NCBI GenBank assembly: GCA_946965045.2 | Contig: OX337229.1 | Coordinates: forward strand, 5,022,001 to 5,086,000 | From: Epithemia pelagica | Lineage: Eukaryota > Protista > Bacillariophyta | Direction of reading: 5' to 3' | DNA length: 64,000 nucleotides | Part shown: positions 24,101-35,900 of the stretch, one piece after another | How positions within the stretch are numbered: the first letter of the stretch is position 1 | Layout: every line of letters starts with the position of its first letter | Position numbers and translations under genes: made by a program | The notes under the pieces: generated by a model | Database searches by the model: none | Seen by the model: only the letters and a program-made list of their open reading frames with translations | Told to the model about the DNA's origin: nothing

Positions 24101-25167
24101 CTTCCTCCCAATCGACCGTGAAGGTGCCACGCGGAGATACCCGACAAACCGACATAACAACGGGCAACCAAAGAGAATCAATGGGATCACAGTCCTCTGC
24201 CTCGCTCTCAACTTCTTCTCAGTCGACCTTGAAGGTACCACGAGGAGAGAACAACCAGGAAAACAAGAGTTCCTCCACATCTATTGCACGAAGTTATACC
24301 CAAAATCAAGCAAGAGGATCAACTGGGTCCGGTTCTCTGGCCTCTCACTCAACGACATCGCAGTCTACCCTGAAAGTTCCCAGAGCCCTGCTGAAGAATC
24401 AGCCCTTACGGCGAAGTTCATCGGGTAGCTACGACGCAGACGCATCAAGGTTGTCGAATACTGATGAATCACAGAAGGAATCTATTAGGGATGATATGGT
24501 GGCACCAGTTCCAAACCTTTCGAAGAAAAGAGTGTCGTTTGGGAAACATGTTCTTACCAAATTTGATCGCCTTCCTGACTCTGTACAATCTTCGGCGGAG
24601 GAGCGGTTGACACCAGTGTCCGACATTATGAGTACTGCTGGAAGCGAATTGGATACAACTGTCGATGACTTTGCGGCTCTTCTTCAGAACGACGGTCCAG
24701 AGGACGGGGATGACGACAGCAGCGAGGAAGAAAGTTATGAAGACGCGACTGTTTCAACGGTTCACAGAGTACAGGAGGTAGAAAGAATGATCTCAGGTAT
24801 ACCAGGCTTTTCGGAAGCAGACGATACGACATTTTGCTCGGAGTCATTGGGAACTGTAAGCACAGTTCGACAGCGACGTCAGACGTCCATGTCCGGTAGG
24901 GCCAGCTCTACGCTATCATCCGTCATGAAAGAAGAGGCCCCCATGGCGTTCCGACAAGTAGGTGCAGTTAGACCCAACGAACAGCTTCACCGTACCGTAC
25001 CCGGGTCGCTTCAGTTGTCTCCATTGCAAAAAACGCCAATGGAAGCGAGGAAATGGCGAGCCCTGGCTGCGGCAGCACAGGAAAAAACCTCTTCTTCTAA
25101 ATCCAAGCTTGGCAGCAAGCCCCGGAAGAGACTCTCGGAAAGAGAAACGAATATTCTTCTCTCATGA
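21127..25167 (+). CDS. Large hypothetical S-rich disordered protein, probable N-myristoylation start (MGNAPS)
   Basis: Long uninterrupted ORF (track start 20962). The MGNxxS start at 21127 is preferred. Three internal SQSTLKVPR repeats. Confidence 0.7.
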   Translation: MGNAPSAPEEPEPIAPSERPSNRIPKDWNNGQNFVMISPQSDLSNPSQFRHRLREGHGAYPVHPALQTTMTSRPHAPRQTQRRSGSAPPPPAKFYFEQENQPQAIINKRENRNKKPEPIKKSEKSKTRWITQKKIAVKNKARRAKRVFKGCWEDQKEVLNSMQCCAREKDPEHERLPSYSPRRRSFVQDYQSVLKEGTVKHDVAQLILPLNDEDRVQTRLPMGLKNDMKQSERGSQRFQQEDSSPPLDREPLTRPSDKRNDVAASHPYREPTLKEVMAPQMALDPQNSPPRKSSGSRPAVAKVRDEIVHVESEVKSMKATGKPDIEITKLSGNVLAKCKSYEEIANKENTRREKGFGYETKRGHGKSLATGYTKTVERRSSFPQAPKTDEYQIQDETAAPLMPSTIKNAKVSYEKKDTMGKETAYLHTKEPSKTDDTDTSVDRNEGDKRHIQAYLDAEGTEKDENRDVQCVLQGSTIRQMLLQTYRLPGSEESSSVDRPRQDETLETGKIIPLLMAQSPASITGPQTPESNSRKQLVSRQAIQNATFLFSPSYADGDQELLRIPAPHKGSTPFAISTASSQNRLVSRPRADPQECFPTEADSTSSSARRVRFSASSVSLKSQSGEYKERASETSQPLDIQVHSIPRSLSDLSDNTALARESASSIPAAGFRGIKPIIEEEEGDGAIGANESHESYDPPCSVDSPPEEDEETQTDDDVDQANEEEQRDPSFPSTMEYPTNWSYAVDMDNGVTPLRDGKFASNATHSPFLRFKEAKKKFSGESDANLREEKRVSDDGNHEVGLVRSRIIAMEEMSFQSKHSRETSNGHSRTSSRETLKNASISSNPARDSFPKQTATRKPSLVSISDGSVAISHTTKTKDTRGGRMSGESGFKAARRSSATNGTNRSHSDGNGSRSQMPRGANSIRISDHSATSKRSTNSKSSFVGGHYQNQNVILLSTGSQPTLSKRRSSHSHKSINYERESMGSHSCGSFSASSQSTVKVPRGDTRQTDITTGNQRESMGSQSSASLSTSSQSTLKVPRGENNQENKSSSTSIARSYTQNQARGSTGSGSLASHSTTSQSTLKVPRALLKNQPLRRSSSGSYDADASRLSNTDESQKESIRDDMVAPVPNLSKKRVSFGKHVLTKFDRLPDSVQSSAEERLTPVSDIMSTAGSELDTTVDDFAALLQNDGPEDGDDDSSEEESYEDATVSTVHRVQEVERMISGIPGFSEADDTTFCSESLGTVSTVRQRRQTSMSGRASSTLSSVMKEEAPMAFRQVGAVRPNEQLHRTVPGSLQLSPLQKTPMEARKWRALAAAAQEKTSSSKSKLGSKPRKRLSERETNILLS

Positions 25168-25367
25168 GAACGTCTAAGACATGCTCTACAACTCCCACTC
25201 CTGTACAGTAATTTATTTTAAAGAAGTCCGATCAGATGAGTTATTCCTCTTCAATATAGCTGCCTGGGAGGACAGCACGGGGACAACTACGTAGATGATG
25301 ACCCGAGGAACAAGCAACACCCATGGCAGATTCCACTGCTCTGCGTTTTCAAAACAGTGGGCGTCGG

Positions 25368-26591
25368 TCATCTTGCTGTTTCATGTTCTTTGTTGGTGAG
25401 TTCCGCTGGATGCAATAGATTCGTCTCTCGTTGACCCATGGAACAAGAACTAGTTTGTTGGTTGTCGTTCGCTTCGATCGGGCCTTTTCTTGCTGGTGAA
25501 ATTGGGAAAACTGACGTTTCTAACGAAGAGTCATCTTTCTTCTCTTCGTCAGTTTTCCAGTGTTGTCGATTGTTTGGCATCCTTTGACCAAGCCTTCGTA
25601 CCATGGCATGGGCCGCGTTTTGAAACGTGGGTCTGTGCAATGGAGCCACATGTGGCTGTTGTTGAGTCTTAAAACAATCTTGGGTATCCTTCTCGTCGAG
25701 CGAAGCGGCCAGATCATTCTTTGCTCCAAGTATTCTGGATCGACATTTAGAGCAACAGGACAAGAGTTGCTTCTTCAGTTTGAGGTTTTCGTCCAGCGCC
25801 TTGTTTCTAGAGGACAGGAGCTTATTCAGATGATTTTCCCTTCTCAGATCGGCAGGATCAGATTCATAATTTGGGGTATCATCAGATCGAATTGGCAGTG
25901 TTACTCCCAAAAGCTGACGTTCTAGACTATGAATCTTTTGTTCATAGCCGTCCAACGATAGCTTGGAGTCTTCGTTCACTCTTTGCAGCATATACACCTC
26001 ATATTGCAGCTTGCGCATCTTCAAATCCGAATTTACAAGAATTTCATGCATGGCTTGTTTGCAGCGCTGGTAAGATTCATACATACTTTGCACGGATCCA
26101 ACTTCTGGTCGAGACGAAACAGCTTCGTGCCAGTCCAACAAATTTAATCCAAAGTCATCGTACGAAAATCCTTCACGTGCATCGGCTCCCGTAGACCCAT
26201 CACTCGAAAGGTCGTCTGCGAGAGGCTGAGCCTCACAGCTAAGCGAATCCACATCTGAAGAGTTGCAACTATGGTGGGGATAGTGCTCTGGATGGCTTTG
26301 ATTGGCTTCGGAAATGTGACGAGGTGGATGGCCCATGTTGTTGAATCCGATTCTTCTCGTTGGGGACGACGAAGAAAGCGATTGCTTGCTCGCCACCTCG
26401 ATGGACGTTACTTGATGGATCATGAACTCTGCCTTTTTCTGAACCTCAAAGGCCACCATGGTCACGTCACAAGAAGAGAAAAGACGACAATACGAAAATA
26501 TATGAGGATGAGAGTGCGCGGACTGCCCCCAAGACCCGCGTGTTCGTGTACGCCGTGAACGAAGTCTTGAACCGGCACGCTCGGTCTCCAT
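25368..26591 (-). CDS. Hypothetical protein with central coiled coil
   Basis: 407-aa ORF with heptad-like segment LKMRKLQYEVYMLQRVNEDSKLSLDGYEQKIHSLERQL. The start may be at 26459. Confidence 0.55.
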   Translation of the reverse strand: METERAGSRLRSRRTRTRGSWGQSAHSHPHIFSYCRLFSSCDVTMVAFEVQKKAEFMIHQVTSIEVASKQSLSSSSPTRRIGFNNMGHPPRHISEANQSHPEHYPHHSCNSSDVDSLSCEAQPLADDLSSDGSTGADAREGFSYDDFGLNLLDWHEAVSSRPEVGSVQSMYESYQRCKQAMHEILVNSDLKMRKLQYEVYMLQRVNEDSKLSLDGYEQKIHSLERQLLGVTLPIRSDDTPNYESDPADLRRENHLNKLLSSRNKALDENLKLKKQLLSCCSKCRSRILGAKNDLAASLDEKDTQDCFKTQQQPHVAPLHRPTFQNAAHAMVRRLGQRMPNNRQHWKTDEEKKDDSSLETSVFPISPARKGPIEANDNQQTSSCSMGQRETNLLHPAELTNKEHETAR

Positions 26592-26718
26592 GTAGCCACA
26601 TTATTTGATCATACTCGTACTATTTATCAATATAGTCGACTGTCCTGCGTGTGAGTCGTGAACCGAAAAATATATGGGACCACGCATCGAATACTTCGGA
26701 CTTCGCGGAGAGTACCTA

Positions 26719-27257
26719 CAAGCTGAGTTCAGGGAGTGTGTTCCTGTCGTAGACTCCTGTAGAATTTGTACCAGAGGAGTAATCCTGGAAAGCGTTCTGC
26801 GTTATTAGCGTCCGACTAGCGACTTCCTAGTGGCTGAAATAAATATTTTATTAACTTTAGTGTTATGTGGGATTTCTTCCGAACGCTAGAATTTCATCAA
26901 AAATTACGAAAAAACAGTCGACTGTGTTGACCATGGTGGAGGGCCACCCCATCCGTTCGAGATGTTGCCGAGCTGCATCCAGGTGCCTTAGGGTGTTATT
27001 CGACCACCACCAATGGGGCAACAGCTCAAACGGTTGGCATCATCCACAACAACATGATCATCGGATGCACCCCACGCACGATAGTCTCGTACAAAACGAA
27101 GTTTTTCTGGGGGAACGCGAGATTGTCGAGTTTCGGAAGCACTTTGCACAACAGAGGCATAATTATAAGGGCTATATTAACAAAGATGGCTGGCGTGTAT
27201 TACGTAGATTTCCTACTGGAGCGCTACGACAGGAACATTCTGTCTGAACTCAGCTTG
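26719..27257. mobile_element. MITE copy A (539 bp, TA flanks, ~45-50 bp imperfect TIRs; Tc1/mariner-type)
   Basis: TA|CAAGCTGAGTTCAG...CTGAACTCAGCTTG|TA. A homologous second copy is at 30983-31519. No coding capacity recognised. Confidence 0.9.
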
Positions 27258-27338
27258 TAGCTCATAGCTAGCAGGAGTACTCCTATATAGACCCTACTCC
27301 TCTTTCGAAAAAGAAACGATCTACCTAAATACTCCTAC

Positions 27339-30300
27339 TCAAATGAGCACCTCTCCATTGTTTGGGATGGGTGTAAAAGAGTTGGCGGAGGAAGATGGCA
27401 GACCCGATGGCTTTCGATTCAATAGGGTACTGTTTTCGCCCACAGATGTCGAGGTATCTGAAATCATGGTCTTGGCGCTCCTGAGCAGTCCTTCCAGCCG
27501 TTCATTGTCTCGCAAAAGAACGTTTTTGTCATCATTCAAGTCAGAGCATTGTTCCCGCAACACCTGAATTTCAATCCGCTCCCGTTCGCGCTTCCTCCGT
27601 GAGTGAACCACATTCATTCTCCTTTTTCGCTCTTTTTTCTCATCCGCAATTAATTGAGACAAAGGTTTCACACTTGAGAAATCGTACACAGTTTCATGGT
27701 CATTAGCGCCCGCTGGGAGACCCCACTCAAAACGGGTTCTTGTTTCTTGCCATTGAACAAATCGGTCGTAGCCAAAACTACCACCCAACCCTTTCGGAAG
27801 GATTTCTCGGCGAATCCCATAAGGACGCAAGTTTTCGTACAAGTCATCTTTGGAATGGCCGACGTGAAGCAGGGCTTTTTGATCACCGACAGTCCCAAAT
27901 TTTTGTCTCACCACAGAGAGCGCATTATCCAGTGCAATGTCCATCTTATCATCATCCATACTGTAAATATGAACGCAATGAAGACTCGAAACCTTCAAGG
28001 GCATTGCATGTAAGATTTGCTGAAACTCAACTCGTGTCTGTTCCTTGACCACATGGAGAAGACCAGTCACAATCACAACAACACCTTTGGATCGCGAGAT
28101 AGGATTCTCCGAGGCCACTTGGAACGCATAGAATGCGATGCGTTGAATCGACGGAGTGTCCAATTTTGCTTGTTTTGAGATGTCGTATACAATAATCACT
28201 TGTTCTTGTTTCTTTGATGGCAAAATGGAAAAGCATCCAGAGGACAACGCGGTCAAGTCAGATCTACCGAGAGCCCCCTCTCCGGTTTGTGTCATGGGAA
28301 GGTATGTTTTCCCACCAAAAAGAGCACAACGATAGGTCCAATAGAAAGAAAACTGATGCGCGGCAGTTACCACATCGCCTTCATAGCTACCCAGAAAGTG
28401 CTCTGGACAAGATTCCGATTCAACTAAGGAGGCATGGTTTGTCAAAGCTTCCACACCGCAAGCCTTTTCTTGTACCGGTAAACGATGAAGAGATTCCATG
28501 ATGCTAACCCTTTGTACTCTTACGAAGGCGTTCGACGTCACCGGGTCAGCAACCATGCCATTGACACGACCACCTGGGCCTTCTTCTCGCCTAGCACCGT
28601 ACCGATTTCGTTCAAGAGTGCAGCGCTCAAACTGCCAACGATAGATGTTATCGTATGTCCAGGAGCCTCCAGCCGGGAATGGCACGCCTTTCGGATCCAA
28701 ACCAAATTTCATCAACCCTCGCAAGATTGCTTCCGAAGTATCAGCAACATGGTTAACTGCTCGGTTTTCCATTACTCTGCCCATTACATAGTTTAACAGG
28801 GGCAAAATCATCTGAAGAAGGCTACGTCGACCTCCTGTGACCACACATTGTACAAGGTGGATGTTTTTGGCTCTCGTTGGAAAACTTTCGATTGCCATAT
28901 CTGCACATTCTTTGACAGCTCCATCAATGGATGACTGACCAAATCCCGATGTACCCAAAAGAACAACACCCACATAGCCATCGCGTCGAGATATCTCATT
29001 CTCGCATATAACCGACCAGTAGTAGAACCCCACTTTCATTCTTGTTTCCTGAACAAAGACGAAGATGAGGTGAATACATTTACCAATGAATCGTGCTGAG
29101 AAAACTCAAAGTACAGAGGATTCGTACCTTGGAATGACCAGCCCTTCTTGATGGGTTATAGCAAATGACAGTGCGACCATCTCGATCATTGGGCAATATG
29201 GTAAAGTATCCTCTTCTTACGTGAACAACATCGTCATAGCTGAGAGCACCTTCACCCGTCATTGTCATGGGCAAAAATGCGCGCTCTCGAAAGATTCGTT
29301 TCCTCCACGTCCAGTAGGTGGTGAGTCGACGAGCTGCAGCCCAAGGATCGAATCCTTCGAAACTAGAGCATGGGGTATGAGAGAACGATTCGACGACCTA
29401 GTCATCGACCGCATACTAAAAGCACTATGACTTACCGCAAGAAATTAATAGGAGTACTCTCCATCTGCACTAACGCAGGACATTTCTCAAGCGCTTCTAC
29501 GTAAGCTTGCTTTTTCTCATCAGGAAGACATTGAATCGCTGGTGGAGAACGTGAAAATGTGAATCAAGGAACATACGAAACATATAAGAAAGCCATTCTG
29601 CAAGCTCACCTTCGTCTAGTCGAGAGAGTCCAAGTTGATGTACGCCAGGATTGTTGACTCCTAATCCATTTCCACCACTACCATCTGTTCCAGACTGCAA
29701 AAGTTGTGGAGCTGCACCGCCGGTGCTCGTGGCTGTCGCTGCCACAAGACGACAGTTAGAGGGTGCAAGCACACAACTACCAGCTGCGAGAAGCCGTTCT
29801 TTGGACAACTGTATGAGAAGATATTGTTCGAAATCTATCTCATATGTCCATGATCCACCCATTGATATTGGTAAACTTGCTCGAGAGAACGCTTCTCGCT
29901 CCAGTATTTGACCAGCCATGGTTTCGCTTGTAGCCACATGAAGTTGTGCATTGCCGAAAACTCTCAATGCCTTCTCCCAAGATTGCTTTATAGACGACAG
30001 CTTCGACTGCAAAACTTGAAGTAAGGACGCATCAAGTTGTGATACAATCGGTATAACAGCGACAAGATGAAGCGCGTGTATTGTTATTGGGAACGCATCC
30101 ACAAGACGAGAGAACAAGTCAGCTCCAAGATTGGTGTCTACTGTCTCAATGAGCTCTCTTTGCAATTGAATCAACACGTAGATGCCGTCAGTATGCGACA
30201 AGTGGTTCTCGCATACCTGCTGCAGCTGATAGAAAAGTGCCCTTGACTCCAGATGCTGTGATGACAACCCCTCACAACACTTTGACTTGTTGAGAACAAA

Positions 30301-30660
30301 CACACTTCGACCAGATGAATGACACGGCAGAACTGCTGCATAACCATTTCTCAGAGATCTAATGTCTTTTGCTGACAGAGCACCAATGCCTGTAATATTT
30401 AAGGGCAGGAAGGCTCGTTGTCCAAAATTCAGTTTGCGTACATGCCAGTAACAACATATCCGACGGGCTGCCGCAATGAAATCGCCTCGTGCAAACGTCA
30501 AAAATAGTATTGGGTCGCTTTCCCTCTCCACAACAGAAGGAGCCGTGGCCATTGCTTCACGGTAGGCCAACGATTCCGCATCTGGAATGTGTCTTAGGGC
30601 ATCGATCAATCGTCGACGCAAAGCTGCCTGTTGTCGTTGTTGTTGTTGGATTTCCGCCAT
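27339..30660 (-). CDS. Single 4-exon gene: three tandem CRAL-TRIO/Sec14-like domains plus a C-terminal bZIP
   Basis: GT-AG introns at 29539-29609, 29363-29435 and 29049-29127 join the separate ORFs in frame. Repeated unit AY.EA...P.LV..ES.P..FL...AAARR...YW..R...F..RAFLP....G.GAL (the third copy is more diverged). C-terminal KKERKRRMNVVHSRRKRERERIEIQVLREQCSDLNDDKNVLLRDNERLEGLL is a basic region plus leucine zipper. Confidence 0.8.
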
Positions 30661-30982
30661 TTTCGGCTCAATCTGTAATGTGGTGTTTTGTCTTCGAACT
30701 TTTTTTCTTGGGATTTTGGGACGTGGTACGTGGTGCAAGTGTTCCGCTCCGCTGGCTTCAACCGCCCGGGGGCAAAGGTACATATAACTCTGTTATAGAA
30801 GGGCTTAATTGCTACAATGATTGGGACTCTACTGCAATACACAAACTTATCGAGAGCGGACTCTTAAACATAATTGAACCGAAATTTGAAAATATGTTTA
30901 AGACGGTGAACACTACTGAATTCCCAACACCTAACCAGTGAGACCAAAATTACAGCGCACGCCGCACTCAACGCACGATGTA

Positions 30983-31519
30983 CAAGCTGAGTTCAGAGTT
31001 TACATCAACGACGTAGGCCCCTGTAGAATTTGTACCAGAGGAGTAATCCTCGATAGCGTTTCGCGTTTCTAATGTCCGACACGCGACGTCCTAGTGGTTG
31101 CAAGAAATATTTTATTACCTTTAGTGTAATGTGTGATTTCTTCCGAACGCTAGATTTTCATCAAAAATTACGAAAAAACAGTCGACTGTATTGACCATGG
31201 TGGAGGGCCACCCCATCCGTTCGAGATGTTGCCGAGCTGCATCCAGGTGCCTTAGGGTGTTATTCGACCACCACCAATGGGGCAACAGCTCAAACGGTTG
31301 GCATCATCCACAACCACATGATCATCGGATGCACCCAACGCACGATAGTCTCGTGCAAAACGAAGTTTTCCTGGGGGAACGCGAGATTGTCGAGTTTAGG
31401 AAGCACTTTTCACATGAGAGGCATAATTATAAGGGCTATAGTAATTAGATGACTGGCGTGATATACGTAGATTTCCTACTAAGCGCTACGTCGTTGACGT
31501 TCGGCTTGAACTCAGCTTG
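30983..31519. mobile_element. MITE copy B (537 bp, TA flanks), inserted in the Harbinger left subterminal region
   Basis: TA|CAAGCTGAGTTCA...TGAACTCAGCTTG|TA; colinear with copy A. Confidence 0.9.
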
Positions 31520-32156
31520 TAGAGTATTCAACTCGTGATATCTCTATATGCAATTTCGCGCCTTTTGGACCCCCGTTCCCCCAGGAAGCCAAGTTGTTTC
31601 CACCTCCACCGCGGACGTTGCACGTAGCTCTCTCCATGCGTAAGACAGGGCGTCGTCGTTTCGTTCATCTCCTTTCGTAGCTTCGTTAGAGCGTAGTTTG
31701 TAATAACCATGAACGACGAAGAGGAAGACTTGTTGTTTTTATTGCTCCATCGTAGAAGGCAGCAAGAGGATGACCGTCAATCAGAATTAGAGCGTCTTCG
31801 TCGTCGTTTGCGTTCTGGTGGAATCGGTAGAGGGTCTCTCCACCATCCTAAGCACTCCGCTTTTATGAAACTTTACAACAGTGGAGAAGATGCGTCCCTC
31901 ATAGCCTTGTGTGGATTCGACCACGCTTCTTTCCAAAAGCTGCTTCATCTGTTTGCGCCTTATTTTGATAATTGGACGCCATACCCTCAATCGGCCAAGA
32001 ATCGCACCTCCATGCGTCGATTGAGTCCGAAAGGGAAGAGGAGAGGTCGAAGGTTGATTGATGCAAAAATATGCCTTGCACTAGTATTGGCTTGGACACG
32101 TACGCGTGGATCCACAATGTTGCTCCAACTGGTCTTTGGCCTAACTGCTAACCCCT

Positions 32157-32940
32157 TGTTACAATTCTCTTGGAATTGCAGTGGCGTTGATGCTCGGTAG
32201 AGCAGACAAGCAGGTAGTCACCAACCAATACAAACCTCTCCACGGGTAAGAGAGGAAAGCAAGTCGTAGTCTATCAAAAGGATAGTCGGGACACAAAAGA
32301 GGATGTGATAAATGGTGATATTGTTAGATTGTGTGTTGATTACTACGATAGGTCTACGTGAAATGTTCGGTCCTGCCAAGGGTCATGTGTCATAGGTTCT
32401 TGGCGGCAACAGGTTTGGAATAGTTGGAGTCGATTCATGTGATGTATATGACATGTATATGTGGACGGATAACATATACAGGGTCAACAGCTCTTGCTTT
32501 GGGTTGGCATAGTTGTTTTCATGGCGCGCAGCTTGTTGACAATTTGGAGATTGTGGGAATGGAAATATGGTCTCGCGTGATCGTGTGTCGTGCTTGGGAT
32601 ACTTAGACCGTTGGGTTGGATAGATGCCGACAGCGCTCGGATGTCGCTTGGGCGCGCTCGATGATTTCGGGCGCGTACGCTTAGGGCGTTAGTATAATGT
32701 CCGAGCAACGGCCAAATTTACGTCCGTTGTAATACCGCACGACCCAGTTTAGTCTTGAGAGTGAGTTCGTCAATCTATTCTCACTTTTTGTGATTTGCGA
32801 AGAAATATAGGTCGATATAGCGCGAAGCGAGGGAACATAGCTCGAAGCTAGATGGCATGATGCAATAGCACGAGGCTATGTGACATGGGGAATCGATGAG
32901 ATGTAGAATCTAACCACCATAGACGGTGAGAATTCTAACA
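32157..32940 (-). repeat. 3' LTR of element 1
   Basis: Direct repeat of 39820-40603; about 8 substitutions seen by eye. Confidence 0.97.
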
Positions 32941-35900
32941 CTCCCCACAACTCGTCGTTTCAGCCTTGTCATCATTGGATTTGTTGAGGTCTTGAACTTC
33001 TCCTTTCCAAAACAACAATGGCTTGAGCATGGGCCAAATAGATACGAAATCCCAATGTTTGCTAAGGATATTGGCAGGGTTGGTCTTTCCATCTTTCCAG
33101 TAGAATGCAACATACTTTGCTGCGATGGCTTCACAAACTCGGTGGTATGACAGAAGATGGTGTCTCTTGGATAGTATGGAATGAGGAACGGTTGCATTGA
33201 GCACAACAGATCTGTTATCTCCGTACATGTAACTTCGCTCTCGGATAGGTACTCCAAGGTAGCGGAGAGAATGTCGTAATTCTGTAATCTGATCTATTGC
33301 TGTCCTTGCAGCCACAAATTCGGATCCATAGGCAGCAGTTTCCACCGTGCTCTGTCTCTTGCTATACCAGTCAATAGGTGTTCCGTTCAACAAATGTAGA
33401 ACAGCAGTGACGGATTTACCAGTGACTATGTCATGCATGAGATTGGCATCAACATAATGAGTTGTGGTAACATAGCGGCCAAGAGGTGTTGGGCAGTCTT
33501 CAGGAATACGTTCACTTGCATTCGAATAGACAGTGCGAGTCCAATCAAATTCTTGGGTAGGAAGACTTGAATAATCAGGCTCTCCAATCCTAAATCTGAT
33601 TGCGCCTTCTGGGAGATGTGCAAGGTATCCATAGATACGCTTGGCTCTATCAAGATGTCCTTTCCTCGGAGCAGCACGAAAGCGTGATAGCGTCATTGTA
33701 GCGGTGAAGACGTCAAAACGACCAATAGTGATCACCCATTGGAGTTGTCCAATCAGAGTTTGGAAATGGCTAGTACCTTCTTCATCAAGGAGCTCAGAAT
33801 CATCCAATTCAGGATGGTCTCCACCAATAAGAGGTGTTTTGGCTTTCTTGGGTTTCTCCTTGAAGATTCGTTCGAAAGTGTCCATCATCTTACCAATGTA
33901 GCATCTTGGATCTGCTACTAATGTTCCATCAGAATCCTTGGTGTAACAACATCCCAAGTGGAAATCAATAGGTCCATCTCCTTTGAGTTTGAAGTTGTAT
34001 TTCTCCTTCAGGATCTTGCAGATATTCCCAGGATCAGTAGAAATAATGGCTAAGTCATCAACGTATACGGCAATGTATTCGTAACAGTCTTCTCCAGGCG
34101 CTTTCCTCATCCAGATATCCGGATCTGCTTTGCTTGGTGAAAATCCCATGTCTGTCAAAACATCGAATAAGACATCATGCCAGCGTGCGCCTGATGACTT
34201 CAATCCATAAAGTGCCTTGTATATGATCAGGATGTGACCTTCTAATTCCTTGAATTCAGGTCCTGCGACAATGAAGATTTTCTCCCCTGTCAAGGCTTCC
34301 AGATATGCGTTTCCAATATCTGCTCGCGACAATGAAGATTTTCTCCCCTGTCAAGGCTTCCAGATATGCGTTTCCAATATCTGCTCCCCATATTTCCAAG
34401 TCATTCAAAGTACCCAGGAATAAGGCAATGCGGAGGTTGCGAATGGAAACAACACCTGAATAGATTGTCTCAACAGGTTCTTTTGTGAGATGTCCATCTG
34501 CGACAAGTCTTGCTTTATGTCGTCCATCATGTTTTACGTCAAAGACAAGATGTACACGTATCTTATGGTATCCTTCAGGTGCATTGGATACTTTCCCTTT
34601 AATGAAGATGGCTTTCCCAAAATCCTTGAATGTCTTGTAGGACTGGATCTGTGACAATTCTAATTCTGTTGCATCCTGCCACTTTGTGTTGCCATGTTGT
34701 TTATCAAGAGCGACAGCTTCCTCATAATTGCGTGGTACTTGGAATCCAAACTTATACTTGACGGAATGGTGAACTTGTTTAATCCTTGACTGTTTGGCTG
34801 CTCGAATGAGACGTTTGCTTGTTTTGACATAACGTTTCAAATGCTTCCATCCAGGTTCGTTGAGTAAACCATGTTTCTTTCCATAAATTGCTACAGTGAT
34901 TGGATCATCATTGGCGATGAGTGATAAAGCTTCATAGGTAGTCTCCCCAGTTTCCCAATCAACAAGCAAATTATATTTGCTCCCCTTGTAATCTGGATCA
35001 GTTGTGTTCAGTGGGCCTTGATGGGCAATGACGTCCCTGAACCTGAAAAGATTATCTCCAGAGGTTTGAGCTTGGTTATCTCGTTCGATATACTCCATGA
35101 GTTGATTATAGGATATCATCTCATCAACATCAGAATTTGTCTTTCGGTAGATGTACTTGACGCGTTCTTCCTGTTTCGTTGCTTCTTCATTAAGATCAAT
35201 GACTCGTTTGATGACACGTGCACGGTGTCGCTCCCTATTTTCTTCTGTGTCCCATAGGAATGTGCGTCCTATCATGTCGTCAAAATCGATCGTGGGCATT
35301 GGTTTGGATGGATCTTCACTATCACTGCGAATGAAGACAGTGTCAGCTTGCTTATCATTGTCATCCTTCTCAGACGAATCCTCCCCTGAAGGTCGATCCA
35401 CACGTAGGTTAGGTGTAGTGGATTCAACACGGCGAACGGCAGAACGGTAGATTATCTGGTTATCCTGGGTGAGAATCTTCCAAGTAAAAGAATCACCAAC
35501 GTTGTGAGCAAAACCAACCCAGTGGCCAAGTTTCTCATCAGAAGAAGATGGATATGAACCAGAATTGGGTTCAGCGGGGTCGACACGGTAGTAAATCTCA
35601 TCCCAGAAAGGAAAGAACAAGAGATGAGTAATGTCGGGTGGGCGTCCGGAGAGAGCCTCAAGAGGAGTGCGACCGGAAAGGGTGGGTGATGATGTATGGT
35701 TCAATAAGTCACAGACATACTCAAGGCAAAGAAGCCAGGTGTTGGCAGGGCAACCAGTGGCATTCATGAGAGCGTTGGTCATACGTTTGACAGTCTGGTA
35801 ACGGTTTTCAGCCTTATTCTGGTGTTGATGATAAGGTTCGGATCGATACTCCCCAATGAGCAAAGTGCGAAGAATGTCTTTGACCTTTTGAGAGATGAGA

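Noticed and set aside
29497-30783. Two separate CRAL-TRIO paralogues
   Set aside because: Canonical introns join them in frame into one gene.
26719-31519. Composite transposon of two MITEs carrying the CRAL-TRIO/bZIP gene
   Set aside because: Each MITE has its own TA flanks, and copy B lies inside the Harbinger, so the insertions are independent.
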